64,000 nt of DNA from Myxococcota bacterium (GCA_965228475.1 OZ245817.1:3552001-3616000), one strand, 5' to 3'; counted from the stretch's first letter, positions 18,434 to 28,648 are shown. Notes: a model not told the origin generated them from the letters alone. Program-made: numbers and translations.

Positions 18434-20032
18434 TCACGCGAGCGCGTCGGCCGCGAAGGCCTGGGCGCTCTTGTAGTCGGCCTTGCCGTTCGGCGCGCGG
18501 AACATCTTCGGCACGGCGAGCACCCGCTTCGGCACCTTGTACCCCGCGAGCTTCTCACGGACGAAGGCGCGCACGGCCTGCTCGTCGAGCGCGGGCGATT
18601 CGACGACCGCCGTCACCGCCTGCCCCCACTTCTCGTCGGGCAGGCCGAAGACGAGCGCGTCGTTCACCGAGGGGTGGAGCTTCAGGACTTCCTCGACCTC
18701 CTCCGCGTGGACCTTCTCGCCGGCCGTGTTGATGCAGGCGCTCCCGCGCCCGAGCAGGGTCAGCGTCCCGTCCGCCTCGACGGTGCACCAATCGCCGGGG
18801 ATCGAGTAGCGGACGCCGTTGATCCTCGGGAAGGTCTTCTCGGTCTTCTCCGGGTCCTTGTAGTAGCCGCTCGGGATCGGACCGCGGCGCGCGATGAAGC
18901 CGCGCTCCCCGCTGCCCGGCTCGACCTCGCGGTGATCTTCCGTGAAGACCTTGCAGTTCTCGCCGACCATGAACTTCGCCGTCTTCGTGCCGGCGGCCTT
19001 GCTCGAGACGGAGGCGCCGAAGCCGATCGCCTCCGAGGAACCGAACATGTCCGCGAGCAGCATGCCCGGATGGTGCTCGAGGAGCCCTTCCTTCACCTCG
19101 CGGCTCCACATCACGCCGGAGGAGATGATGATGCGCAGCGAGGAAAGATCGAAACGCCCGCGGTGCTCCTCGAGCGTGCGCAGCATCGGCTTCGCGAAGG
19201 CGTCGCCGACGATGATGATCGAGTTCGCGCGCTCGCGCTCGACGGTCTCGAAGAGCTCGACCGCGTCGAAGCCCGGCGCCGTCAGCGTGACGACGGAGCC
19301 GCCCCCGACGAGGTTGTTGATCGCCGTGAAGAGGCCCGTCCCGTGCATGAGCGGGCAGGCGACGATCTGGATCGAGCCCGGGCCCTGGCGGCCGACGTTC
19401 TCGACGTGGGTCTCGGGCTTCTCGGGGATCTGTCCGCCGTTCGCCGGGGAGTTCTTGCCGTAGCCGAGCGCGCCCCAGAGCGCCTGGTGCTCCCACATCA
19501 CGCCCTTGGGCATGCCGGTGGTCCCACCGGTGTAGATGAAGAGCATGTCGTCGCCGGCGCGTTCGATCTCGAGGGGCCTGCCGTCGCCCTCCTCCGCCCA
19601 GTCCTCGTAGGCGACCGCGAACGGCGCCGTCTCCCCGCCGACCTGGACCCAGGCGGCGACGCCCGGCAGGCGGTCCTTCACCGCCGCGACGCGGTCGGCG
19701 AAGTCCCCGTCGAAGAGGACGAACTTCGCGTCTGAGTTGTCGAAGATGTAGACGAGCTCGTCGTCGAGGTAGCGGAAGTTGACGTTCACGTGGACGAGGC
19801 GCGCCTTGAAGCACGCGCCGAGCGCTTCCATGTAGGCCGGGTCGTTTCGGAGGTAGAAGCCGACCTTGTCGCCGGGCTGGCCCCCGTTCGCGAGGAACGC
19901 CCGGGCCAGGTTGTTGCTCTTGCGGCCGTACTCCCCCCAGGTGACCCGGGCCTCGCCGTGCACGAGCGCCAGGGCGTCCGACGGCAGGACGCGCTCACAG
20001 CCGTCGAGCAGATCTCCGAAGTTCCAGGTCAT
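18434..20032 (-). CDS. Acyl-CoA synthetase (FadD19-like AMP-binding enzyme)
   Basis: YTGGTTGMPKGVMW, FGSSE, GD, LLGRGSACINTAGEKV, NGKADY. Confidence 0.9.
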   Translation of the reverse strand: MTWNFGDLLDGCERVLPSDALALVHGEARVTWGEYGRKSNNLARAFLANGGQPGDKVGFYLRNDPAYMEALGACFKARLVHVNVNFRYLDDELVYIFDNSDAKFVLFDGDFADRVAAVKDRLPGVAAWVQVGGETAPFAVAYEDWAEEGDGRPLEIERAGDDMLFIYTGGTTGMPKGVMWEHQALWGALGYGKNSPANGGQIPEKPETHVENVGRQGPGSIQIVACPLMHGTGLFTAINNLVGGGSVVTLTAPGFDAVELFETVERERANSIIIVGDAFAKPMLRTLEEHRGRFDLSSLRIIISSGVMWSREVKEGLLEHHPGMLLADMFGSSEAIGFGASVSSKAAGTKTAKFMVGENCKVFTEDHREVEPGSGERGFIARRGPIPSGYYKDPEKTEKTFPRINGVRYSIPGDWCTVEADGTLTLLGRGSACINTAGEKVHAEEVEEVLKLHPSVNDALVFGLPDEKWGQAVTAVVESPALDEQAVRAFVREKLAGYKVPKRVLAVPKMFRAPNGKADYKSAQAFAADALA

Positions 20033-20127
20033 CGCCACTCCGCACGGGTCCGCCCCCCAGCCAGATCCCTGGCGGAGCACGATAGCAGGAGAAGGGTGGA
20101 GCGTTCGGGCCGCTGGCCCGAGGCGGC

Positions 20128-20751
20128 CTAGTCCTCGCGGCGACGGCGTGCGGCGGCGCCCGCCACGAGGAGCGTGCCGACGCCGTAGGCGGCGAAGGAG
20201 CTCACCTCGGGGATCGCCGGGCCGCCGCTTCCCTCGAGGCCGCGGGCCTCGGCGTCCACGATCAACGCGGCGAAGTCGACGCGGAAGTCACCGCGCTGGG
20301 CGATGATCTCGTAATCGAGCTGGCCGGTGCCGTCGATCGTCGCGTAGAGCGTGGCCGAGACGTCGATGCTCTCGATGCCGAAGTCGACCTCGATCGGGCC
20401 GGCGGCGCTCACGTCGTCGAGCTGGACGAGCATGTACTCGCGGCGCCAATCGAAGTCGTCGCGCACGCCGAGCAGGACCGAAGCGCCCACGGTGCGATGC
20501 GTGCCGACCTCGAAGCCGCCCTCGTCTTCGAGCGTGGTCGGCAGGAAGTTCCCCGGGAGCCACAACAGGAAGGAGTCGTCCTCGATGCCGGCGGCGGTGA
20601 TGTCGAAGGTGCCGCTGATCGAGGAATCGCCGCGCGCGGAGAGCCGCTCGCCGCCGAGTGCGTCGATGTCGGTGAACGTCGCGGCTTGGGCGGGGCCGGC
20701 CAGGGCAACGGTCGCAACGAGAGCGAAGAGGGCAGCGAATCGCATCAGCAT
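20128..20751 (-). CDS. Secreted protein with PEP-CTERM-like sorting signal
   Basis: Signal peptide (PAQA); C-terminal IPEVSS + hydrophobic helix + RRRR. Confidence 0.75.
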   Translation of the reverse strand: MLMRFAALFALVATVALAGPAQAATFTDIDALGGERLSARGDSSISGTFDITAAGIEDDSFLLWLPGNFLPTTLEDEGGFEVGTHRTVGASVLLGVRDDFDWRREYMLVQLDDVSAAGPIEVDFGIESIDVSATLYATIDGTGQLDYEIIAQRGDFRVDFAALIVDAEARGLEGSGGPAIPEVSSFAAYGVGTLLVAGAAARRRRED

Positions 20752-20865
20752 CTCCGGTGGGCGCGGGCCCGGATCGAGTGTCCGGAATGGATATCACAAT
20801 TCGCGCGCCTGGCCCTGCAAACTTCCGAAAGAACAGAGTTTTCTCGGGCCCGGCGCCCCCGCGGG

Positions 20866-21993
20866 TCAGCTCGCCTGGCGGTCCAGAACGTCGCGCGCGA
20901 CGAGCTCTTCGAGATAGCGGGAGTCCCACCAGGTGATCTGGAGCTGCTTGGCCCGGCGGAAGTAGAGCTGGATGTCGTACTCGAGGGTGAAGCCGACCCC
21001 GCCCCAGACCTGCTGGCACATCGCCGTCACGTCCCTAAAGGTCTGACACGCAAAGAGTTTTGCCATCGGCGCCAGGCGCTCGATGGGTCGGCCCTCGGCG
21101 CGGGCCCAGGCCGCCTCGTAGACCAGGGCCTTGCCGCCGTCCACGTTCGTGGTGGCGTCGGCCAGGTAGTGCGAGATGGACTGGAAGGCCCCGAGGGGCT
21201 TGTCGAACTGGACCCGCTCCTTCGCGTACTCGACCGTCATCTCGACCGCCCGCTCGGCGCCGCCCATGGCCTGGGCCGCCAGCAGCACGATCCCGTCGAG
21301 CAGCACGGCGTGGATGCCGGCCCAGCCCGTGGCGATGCGGTCGCCCGCGCCGACCCGGACGCCCTCGAGCGCGACGTCGTACTGGGTGTCCGAGGCGAGG
21401 CTCCGCTGCTGGGTCAGGGTGACGCCGTCGGCGCGCGGATCGACGAGGAACGCGGCGATGTCCTCTTCGGCCTCCCCGGTTCGGGCGAAGACGAGCAGGC
21501 GCGCGGCGGCGCTCGCGTAGAGGACGTGGCGCTTGCGGCCGGTCAGCGTGAAGCCGTCGCCATCGGGTGCGGCTCGCAGGGCGATGCCCTCGGGCCCGAA
21601 GCCGCGCTCCGGCTCGAGCCACGCCGGCGTGAGGATGGCCTCGCCGGCGACGATCTTCGGAAGCCACTCGCTTTGCTGGGCGTCGGTCCCGGAACCGAGC
21701 AGCAGCCCCGCCGAGATCACCGAGGAGACGAAGTGCGGCGTCGGCGCGAGCGCGCGGCCGAACTCTTCGTAGACGAGGGCGGCCTCGAGCAGGGTCTGCT
21801 CGGCGCCACCGAAGCGCTCGGGAATGAGCAGGCCGTGCAGCCCGAGCTCGCCGAGCTGCTTCCACAGCGCGTCGGGGTAGCCCTTCGGGTCGTCCTCCAT
21901 CGCGCGCACGACGTCGATGGGAGAGAACTCTGCGCACACGCCGCGCACCATGTCGCGGATGCCTTGCTGCTCTTCGCTGAAATCGAGGTCCAT
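20866..21993 (-). CDS. Acyl-CoA dehydrogenase (beta-type subunit)
   Basis: MDLDFSEEQ start; YAKERVQFDKPLGAFQSISH; QVWGGVGFTLEYDIQLYFRRAK. Confidence 0.9.
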   Translation of the reverse strand: MDLDFSEEQQGIRDMVRGVCAEFSPIDVVRAMEDDPKGYPDALWKQLGELGLHGLLIPERFGGAEQTLLEAALVYEEFGRALAPTPHFVSSVISAGLLLGSGTDAQQSEWLPKIVAGEAILTPAWLEPERGFGPEGIALRAAPDGDGFTLTGRKRHVLYASAAARLLVFARTGEAEEDIAAFLVDPRADGVTLTQQRSLASDTQYDVALEGVRVGAGDRIATGWAGIHAVLLDGIVLLAAQAMGGAERAVEMTVEYAKERVQFDKPLGAFQSISHYLADATTNVDGGKALVYEAAWARAEGRPIERLAPMAKLFACQTFRDVTAMCQQVWGGVGFTLEYDIQLYFRRAKQLQITWWDSRYLEELVARDVLDRQAS

Positions 21994-22001
21994 GGGGTCT
22001 C

Positions 22002-22490
22002 CTAGAAGTCGCCGGGCTGCCAGTCGGCGCCGCGCCGCGCCCAGGGGTTGTCGTCTTCGCTCGTGGGGAGCGCGATGCGCGCCTTGCAATCGGTGACGGT
22101 GCGGTCGCCGACGGTCAGGCTCACGTCGACGTCGACCCAGCCGCAGCCGGCGTCGTCGGTGGACGTCCGCGTGACCTCCCCGCGGAAGACCATGCGGTCC
22201 TCCGGGAAGACCGAGGCCTTCATGCGGAAGCGGATCTTGCCGAGGCGGCCCTTCGGGCCGGTCCAATCGGTGAGGTACCGCTCGAACCAGGCTGCCTGGT
22301 TCGGCGTGTTCAGGAAGATGTCCTGCACGCCGTTGCGGTTCACGGCGAAGTCCTTGTCGTGGTGCATCGGGCGCCAGTCGCGCGTGGCGAGGGCGCCGAG
22401 CACGACGGTCGAGGCCGTCACGTCGTAGGCGAGCTCGGGGAGGGCCTCACCCTCCTTCACGGCTCCGAAGTCGCGGCTGTCCGCATTCAT
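22002..22490 (-). CDS. MaoC-like dehydratase (ChsH1-like)
   Basis: ATRDWRPMHHDKDFA hydratase motif. Confidence 0.8.
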   Translation of the reverse strand: MNADSRDFGAVKEGEALPELAYDVTASTVVLGALATRDWRPMHHDKDFAVNRNGVQDIFLNTPNQAAWFERYLTDWTGPKGRLGKIRFRMKASVFPEDRMVFRGEVTRTSTDDAGCGWVDVDVSLTVGDRTVTDCKARIALPTSEDDNPWARRGADWQPGDF

Positions 22491-23002
22491 CACGAATCCC
22501 TCCGGTAGCCGAAGCCCGTATACGTTTCGGTGCCGACGTGGTCGCCGTCCTGGTTCTCGTAGACGACGTCGATCACCCAGAAGCGGCCGGTGCCGAGCTT
22601 CGTGGTCTTGGGCGCGCTCACCGAGCGCAGCACCTGGTGCGTCCGCAGCCGGTCGCCGGGCCGCACGGGATCGCCGAAGGTGATGGTGTTGTCGGTCATC
22701 ACGGCCTCGGGCAGCTCGAGGGTCGCCTTCAGGTCGAAGTGGACCTGGAGCGGCTGGGCCTGCTCGCTGCGTCCGGGCGCCCAGAAGTGCGGCCGGAACC
22801 AGACGGAGATCATGCTCGGCGGAGCGATGGGCCCGCCGGTGAGATCCGCCGCCACCTTCTCGTCCCAGTAGAGCGGGTTCCCGTTCTCGACGGACGCGCA
22901 GCTCGACCACACGTACCCCATCTCGACGGGGAACTCGCCCGTCTCCTCGTAGCGCTTCTTTCCGATCCAGCCTTCGACTTCGGCCGGCAGCTCGTCCGCC
23001 AT
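22490..23002 (-). CDS. MaoC-family dehydratase N-terminal-domain protein (ChsH2-N/FAS1-like)
   Basis: ENGNPLYWDE...IAPPSM...PVRPGDRL; overlaps the downstream MaoC gene. Confidence 0.8.
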   Translation of the reverse strand: MADELPAEVEGWIGKKRYEETGEFPVEMGYVWSSCASVENGNPLYWDEKVAADLTGGPIAPPSMISVWFRPHFWAPGRSEQAQPLQVHFDLKATLELPEAVMTDNTITFGDPVRPGDRLRTHQVLRSVSAPKTTKLGTGRFWVIDVVYENQDGDHVGTETYTGFGYRRDS

Positions 23003-23010
23003 GGTTCCCT

Positions 23011-24195
23011 CTACTCCACCACGCCGTCGGCGCGGAGCTTCTCGATTTCGTCTTCGCCGAGTCCCGCCTCGCGGAGGACGGCCTCGGTGTCGGTGTGGTC
23101 GGCCGGGGCGACTTCGTGCACCGGCAGGTCGCGGCGGGCGCCGGCGAGGACCGCGCCGGTCTGGCGGAACGTGCCGTGCTCGGCGTCGTGGGCCTCGGCG
23201 AAGGCGCCGCGCGCGGCGAAGTGCGGGTCGCTCGCGAGTTCCGCGACGTCGTAGACCGGTGCGACGCAGGTATCGGCGGGGGCGAGCTCGGCGACCCAGG
23301 CGTCGCGGTCCTTGCGGGCGAAGGCGGCCTCGAAGGCTTCGCGAAGCTCGTCCTGCTTCGCATCGTCGTACTGGTGCGCCGCGAAGGCTTCGCAGTCGAG
23401 GGCGCGGCAGAGGTTCGCGTAGAAGGCGGGCTCGATCGCGCCGATCGAGAGCCACTTCCCGTCCTTCGCACGGTAGACGTCGTACCAGGCGTAGCGGCCG
23501 AGAAGCACGTTGCTCCCGGGGCCGGGCTCCGCGCCCGTCGCGAGGTGTTCGTCGACGTGGAGGCCCATGAGCTGGAGGACGCCCTCGGCGACCGAGACGT
23601 CGAGGTACGCGCCCTCCCCCGTCGCCTTGCGCGCGTGGAGCGCCGCGAGGATGGCGATCGCGGCGTGCATCCCGCCGGCGGCGCTGTCGGCGACGGTGGC
23701 ACCCGGGATCGGCGCGCCGCCGTCGGCACGCGGCGTCGAGCAGTGGAGGAAGCCGCCCACGGCGAGGTAGTTCAGGTCGTGGCCGGCCCACTGGCTGTAG
23801 GGGCCGTCCTGGCCGTAGCCACTCGTCGAGCAGTAGACGAGGCCCGGGTTCGCAGCGTGCAGGGCGTCCCAGCCGAGGCCGAGCCGCGCGGCGACCCCGG
23901 GCCGGAAGCTCTCGACGAAGACGTCGGCCTGGCGCGCCATCGCGAGCAGCGCGTCGCGCCCCGCGGCCGCCTTCAGGTCGACCTGCACGCGCCGCAGGCC
24001 GCGCCCGGCGCCGTAGCTGAAGAACGGCGGCCGGATCTGCTTGCCGGCCTTCTTCGCGACGGGGCCGACCTTCACGACGTCCGCGCCGTAGTCCGCGAGG
24101 ATGCGCGTGCAGCGCGCCGCGGGCCCGACGCTCGCGAGGTCGAGCACGCGAACGCCGTCGAGCATTCCCGCCGGGATGTGATCGTCCGAGGCCAA
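23011..24195 (-). CDS. CaiB/BaiF family III CoA-transferase
   Basis: LDGVRVLDL...LADYGADVVKV, ESFRPGV, SGYGQDGP, GHDLNY. Confidence 0.9.
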   Translation of the reverse strand: MASDDHIPAGMLDGVRVLDLASVGPAARCTRILADYGADVVKVGPVAKKAGKQIRPPFFSYGAGRGLRRVQVDLKAAAGRDALLAMARQADVFVESFRPGVAARLGLGWDALHAANPGLVYCSTSGYGQDGPYSQWAGHDLNYLAVGGFLHCSTPRADGGAPIPGATVADSAAGGMHAAIAILAALHARKATGEGAYLDVSVAEGVLQLMGLHVDEHLATGAEPGPGSNVLLGRYAWYDVYRAKDGKWLSIGAIEPAFYANLCRALDCEAFAAHQYDDAKQDELREAFEAAFARKDRDAWVAELAPADTCVAPVYDVAELASDPHFAARGAFAEAHDAEHGTFRQTGAVLAGARRDLPVHEVAPADHTDTEAVLREAGLGEDEIEKLRADGVVE

Positions 24196-24203
24196 CGCGC
24201 CGC

Positions 24204-25385
24204 CTAGAAGTTCTTCGGCAGGCCGAGCTTGCGGCGCGCGATGATGTTCTTCTGGATCTCGCTCGCGCCGCCGCCGATCGTGTCGATCACCGAGTAGCGG
24301 TAGCTCATCTCCGGGCGGCCCCGGAGCGGCGCGTCCTCGGTGTAGACGCGAAGCTGCGCGCCGGCACCGGGCAGGTCCACCATGGCGTCCGCCACGCGCT
24401 GGGAAAGCTGGGTCGCGAAGAGCTTGTACTGGCTCGCCTGGTTCGTCGGCGGCTTCTTGCCGACCTGCCCCGCCGCGTGGACGAAGACGAGGCCGAGCAC
24501 GCGGGCCACCTCGCCCTCCGTCGCGAGCCGCGCGATTCGCGAGCGCACGTGGGGGTCGTCCTTCAGCGGCACGCCGTCGCGCGTCGCCGTCTTCACGTAC
24601 TCGACGAGCTCTTCCATGCGCTGCTCGGTCGGCGAGTAGGTGAACATGGTGAAGCGCTCGAGATCGAGGGCCTCACTGATGTAGCGGAAGCCCATGCCGG
24701 GCTCCCCGACGAGGTAGTCGTCGGGCACGAACACGTCGTTGAAGAAGACCTCGTTCGTGAGCTCGTCGCCGATCGTCGGGAGGCCGCGCACCTCGAGCCC
24801 TTCGTGGTCCATCGGGATCAGGAACAGGCTGATGCCGTCGTGCTTCTTCGTCTGATCGGTGCGCGCACCGACCCAGTACCAGTCCGCGAAGTGCGCGCTC
24901 GTGGTCCAGGTCTTCTGCCCGTTCAGCCGCCAGCCGCCTTCGACCTTCTCGGCCTTGAGCTGCATGTTCGCCGCGTCCGAGCCCGCGTTCGGCTCGCTGT
25001 ACCCGACGGCGAACTCGATCTCGGCGTTGATGATCTGGGGCAGGAACTCCTGCTTCAGCTTCTCGCTGCCGTGGCGGATCAGCGTCTTCCCGATGATGCC
25101 GACGCCCTTGCCGATCTGCGGCGCGCCGCGCCGCGCGAGCGCCTCGTTCAGGATGTACTCGTAGACGCCGGGCATCTCCTTTCCGCCGTACTCCTTGGGC
25201 CAGGTCATGCCGAGCCAGCCCCGCTCCGAGAGCTTCTTCATGAAGCCGCGCCGCTCCGGCGTGTCGACGATCTGGGCCATGTTCTCGCGGCAGACGTCGG
25301 CGACGTCCGGCGTCGCGTGCTCGTCGAGAAAGGCCTCGACCTCGCGGGCGAAGGTCTGCTCGGCGGGGGAGAACTCGAAATCCAC
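24204..25385 (-). CDS. Acyl-CoA dehydrogenase (FadE26/29-like alpha-type)
   Basis: GYSEPNAGSD, GQKTWTTSAH, ALDLERF, TIGGGASEIQKNIIA. Confidence 0.9.
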   Translation of the reverse strand: MDFEFSPAEQTFAREVEAFLDEHATPDVADVCRENMAQIVDTPERRGFMKKLSERGWLGMTWPKEYGGKEMPGVYEYILNEALARRGAPQIGKGVGIIGKTLIRHGSEKLKQEFLPQIINAEIEFAVGYSEPNAGSDAANMQLKAEKVEGGWRLNGQKTWTTSAHFADWYWVGARTDQTKKHDGISLFLIPMDHEGLEVRGLPTIGDELTNEVFFNDVFVPDDYLVGEPGMGFRYISEALDLERFTMFTYSPTEQRMEELVEYVKTATRDGVPLKDDPHVRSRIARLATEGEVARVLGLVFVHAAGQVGKKPPTNQASQYKLFATQLSQRVADAMVDLPGAGAQLRVYTEDAPLRGRPEMSYRYSVIDTIGGGASEIQKNIIARRKLGLPKNF

Positions 25386-25411
25386 GGGGAACCTCCTGGG
25401 TCGGAGGTTAG

Positions 25412-25431
25412 TATACGATACGTCGCGTATA
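25412..25431. promoter_or_regulatory. Inverted repeat, putative operator
   Basis: TATACG-N8-CGTATA in an AT-rich intergenic region upstream of the 25385 ACAD operon. Confidence 0.45.
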
Positions 25432-25496
25432 GAAACTCGTTAGATCGAATTCATTATATCAATCAGCTATTTAGGGATCCGCTGAAGGCCGGGAAC

Positions 25497-26681
25497 TCAG
25501 AAGTTCTTCGGCAGCCCCAGCCCACGGCGGGCGATGATGTTCTTCTGGATCTCGCTCGCGCCGCCGCCGATCGTGTCGACCACGGTGTAGCGGTAGGAGC
25601 GTTCGAAGCGGCCGTCGAGGGGGGCGCCCTCGGCTTCGGGCTTGAGCTGGGCGGCGGGGCCGAGCACGTCGAGGGCGGCGTTCGCCACGCGCTGGCCGGT
25701 TTCGTTCATGAAGAGCTTGTACTGGGAGCTCTCGACGGTCGGGACGCCGCCCTTCAGCGCGCTCGCGATGACGCGCCGCTGGAGCATGCGCGAGACCTCG
25801 AGCTCGGTGACGGCGTGGGCGACGGCGCGGCGGGCCGAGGGATCTTCGCGCAGCGGCCGGCCGTCCTGCTCGGCCTGCGCGACGTGCTCGCAGAAGGCCT
25901 CGACCTTCTTCTCGAGCGGCCCGACGGGCATCATCGCGAAGCGCTCGAGATCGAGCGCTTCGCAGATATACGTCCAGCCCTCGTTCAGCTCGCCGACGAT
26001 GAAGTCGTCCTCGACGAAGACGTCGTTGAAGAACACGTCGTTCGTGCGCTCGTCGCCGATGGTCCAGGTGGGGTGGATCTCGAGGCCCGGGTCGTCCATG
26101 CGCACGAGGAAGAGCGTGATGCCGGCGTGCTTCGCAGCGTTCGGATCCGTCCGCGCGCCGACCCAGTACCAATCGGCGAAGTGGGCGCTCGTGGTCCAGA
26201 CCTTCTGCCCGGAGAGCACCCAACCGCCGCGGGCTTCGTCGCGCGTGGCGCGCAGCTGCATGTTCGCGGCGTCGCTGCCCGCCTGGGGCTCGCTGTAGCC
26301 GATCGCGAACTCGATCTCGCCGCGGATGATCTGCGGTAGGAAGAGCCGCTTCATCTTCTCGCTGCCGTGGCGGATGATGGTCTTCCCGACGATGCCGACG
26401 CCCTTGCCGGGCTGGGGCGCCCCGAAGCGCGAGAGCGCCTCGGTCAGCAGGAAGTCGTAGATCCCCGAAAGCTCCTTCCCGCCGTACTCCGCGGGCCAGG
26501 ACATGCCGAGCCAGCCGCGCTCGGCGATCTTGCGCATGAGCGCGCGCTTGGCCGGGGTCTCGACGGTCTGGGAGAGCTGCTCGGGGTTCGGGTCCATGGC
26601 CTCGGGGGAGGCGTGCTCGGTGAGGAACGCCTCGACCTCCCGGCGGAAGGCCTCTTCTTCGGGCGAGAAGTCGAAGTCCAT
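25497..26681 (-). CDS. Acyl-CoA dehydrogenase, close paralog of 24204..25385
   Basis: GYSEPQAGSD, ALDLERF, TIGGGASEIQKNIIARRGLGLPKNF. Confidence 0.9.
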   Translation of the reverse strand: MDFDFSPEEEAFRREVEAFLTEHASPEAMDPNPEQLSQTVETPAKRALMRKIAERGWLGMSWPAEYGGKELSGIYDFLLTEALSRFGAPQPGKGVGIVGKTIIRHGSEKMKRLFLPQIIRGEIEFAIGYSEPQAGSDAANMQLRATRDEARGGWVLSGQKVWTTSAHFADWYWVGARTDPNAAKHAGITLFLVRMDDPGLEIHPTWTIGDERTNDVFFNDVFVEDDFIVGELNEGWTYICEALDLERFAMMPVGPLEKKVEAFCEHVAQAEQDGRPLREDPSARRAVAHAVTELEVSRMLQRRVIASALKGGVPTVESSQYKLFMNETGQRVANAALDVLGPAAQLKPEAEGAPLDGRFERSYRYTVVDTIGGGASEIQKNIIARRGLGLPKNF

Positions 26682-26739
26682 GGCTCTCGATCCTATCTTG
26701 TCCGCCCGGAGGTGTCCCGCTCGCCTCCCGGAGGGACAC

Positions 26740-27987
26740 GTGCAGACGGACGAAGTACGGAACGCCGACCGCGGCCGGTGGGGGAAGCCGCTCGCCGGCG
26801 TGCGCGTGCTGGCCGTCGAGCAGATGCAGGCCCTGCCCTACGCGACGCAGCTCCTTTCCCATCTCGGAGCGGAGGTGGTGAAGGTCGAGCCGCCGGGCCG
26901 CGGGGAATCCGGGCGCGGCGCGCGGCCGACCCTCCAGGACCACGACGGCCGCACCGTCGGCGCGACCTTCCTGCGTAACAACCTCGGCAAGCGCAGCATC
27001 ACCCTCGACCTGAAGAGCGAGGACGGCCGGGCGATCTTCTGCGACCTCGTTCCGCGCTTCGACGTCGTCGCCGAGAACTTCAAGCCGGGCGCCATGGAGC
27101 GGATGGGCCTCGGCTACGAAGCGCTTGCCGCCCTCCACCCGCCCCTGCTCTACGTCTCGCTCTCGGGCTTCGGGCAGCTCGAGGACTCGCCCTACGCGAG
27201 CTGGCCGGCCTACGCGCCGATCGTCGAGGCCATGGCCGGCATCTACGAGCCGAACCGCAAGGAAGGACAGCCGCCGCCCGTCGTCGTCGCCGGCGCGCTC
27301 GGCGACAACGCGAGCGCGCTGTTCACGGTGATCGGGATCCTCGCCGCGCTCCGTCACCGCGACCGTACGGGTCAGGGCCAGCACGTCGACGTCGCCATGT
27401 ACGACGCGACGCTCGCGATGGCCGACATGGTCCCCCAGCTCTGGTCCATGGGCGCCCCGAAGGAGTGGGCCGCCGCGGGGTCGACGGCCATCGTCGCGGC
27501 CTTCCGCGCGCGCGACGGCTACTTCGTCGTGTCCGTCTTCCGGGAGCACCACTTCGAGCGCCTCGCCGCGCGCGTCGGCCACCCGGAGTGGACGAGCGAC
27601 CCGCGCTTCGCCACCCGCGAGGGCTGGGCCGAACAGACCGAACCCACGGTCCGGCCCGCCGTCGAGGCCTGGGCCCGGGACAAGACACGTCTCGAGGCCT
27701 GCCGCATCCTCGCCGAAGACGGCATTGCGGCCGGCCCGAGCCAGCTCGCCGAGGACATCCACGCGGACCCCCACGTCGCCGCGCGCAACATGCTCGTCGA
27801 AGTCCCGCGCAGCGATGCGCCGGACCCGATGCTCGTGGTCGGGAACCCGGTCAAGATGTCGCGCCTCTCGGACGGGCCGATCTCGCGCTACCCGGGCCTC
27901 GGCGAACACACGGAGGCCGTCCTCGAAGAGGAGCTCGGCCTGACGCCGGAGGCCCTCGGGAAGCTCCGGGAGCGCGGGGTGATCTAG
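26740..27987 (+). CDS. CaiB/BaiF family III CoA-transferase
   Basis: PLAGVRVL...LGAEVVKVEPP, ENFKPG, SGFGQ; GTG start at 26740. Confidence 0.9.
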   Translation: MQTDEVRNADRGRWGKPLAGVRVLAVEQMQALPYATQLLSHLGAEVVKVEPPGRGESGRGARPTLQDHDGRTVGATFLRNNLGKRSITLDLKSEDGRAIFCDLVPRFDVVAENFKPGAMERMGLGYEALAALHPPLLYVSLSGFGQLEDSPYASWPAYAPIVEAMAGIYEPNRKEGQPPPVVVAGALGDNASALFTVIGILAALRHRDRTGQGQHVDVAMYDATLAMADMVPQLWSMGAPKEWAAAGSTAIVAAFRARDGYFVVSVFREHHFERLAARVGHPEWTSDPRFATREGWAEQTEPTVRPAVEAWARDKTRLEACRILAEDGIAAGPSQLAEDIHADPHVAARNMLVEVPRSDAPDPMLVVGNPVKMSRLSDGPISRYPGLGEHTEAVLEEELGLTPEALGKLRERGVI

Positions 27988-28080
27988 GGCCGCGCTCGGG
28001 TGATCCAGAGCCGCGCCGGGGTGATCTCCGGCCGCGGGCCGAGTTATCTTGGAAGCGTCGTTCCAACGGGAGATCCGACC

Positions 28081-28602
28081 ATGGCAGGCATCGCACGGCC
28101 CGAGATGGTGATTGGCGAAGCGTTCGTCGGCGAGGGGGCCTCGGCCGCCCACGTGAACGTGGTGCTCGGCAAGCGGGAAGGCGCCGTCGGCACGGCCTGG
28201 GCCAACGCCATCGCGAGCCCCTCTGCCGGCCATGCGCCCTTCATGGCCGTGCTCCAGCCCGGCCTCCCCGTGAAGCCCCTCACCCTGTTCGTGAACAAGG
28301 CCACGATCGACGGCGAACGCCACGGCAAGCTGACCTATGGCGCGGCCCAGGCGGGCGTGGCCGGCGGCGTCGCCGACGCCGTGGCCGAAGGGACGGTCTC
28401 GCGCGACGAGGTCGACGGCCTCCTGATCATCGCCGCAATCTGGGTGAACCCGGCCGCCGAGGACGAGCAGGCCGTCTACCGCAACAACCGCGACGCCATG
28501 CGCGCGGCCCTGAACGCGGCGGTCCAGCAGATCCCGAAGGTCGACGAGATCCTCGACGCCCGCGACGTCCCGGAGAACCCCTACTTCAAGCCCTCCCGGT
28601 AG
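28081..28602 (+). CDS. fae: Formaldehyde-activating enzyme homolog
   Basis: IGEAFVGEG..AAHVNVVLG, GHAPFMAVL.P..PVKPLTLFVNK, GAAQAGVA, NPYF. Confidence 0.85.
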   Translation: MAGIARPEMVIGEAFVGEGASAAHVNVVLGKREGAVGTAWANAIASPSAGHAPFMAVLQPGLPVKPLTLFVNKATIDGERHGKLTYGAAQAGVAGGVADAVAEGTVSRDEVDGLLIIAAIWVNPAAEDEQAVYRNNRDAMRAALNAAVQQIPKVDEILDARDVPENPYFKPSR

Positions 28603-28648
28603 CGCGGGGCGCCCCCCGAGCCAGCCGACGCGAGCCAGCGCGAGGCGC

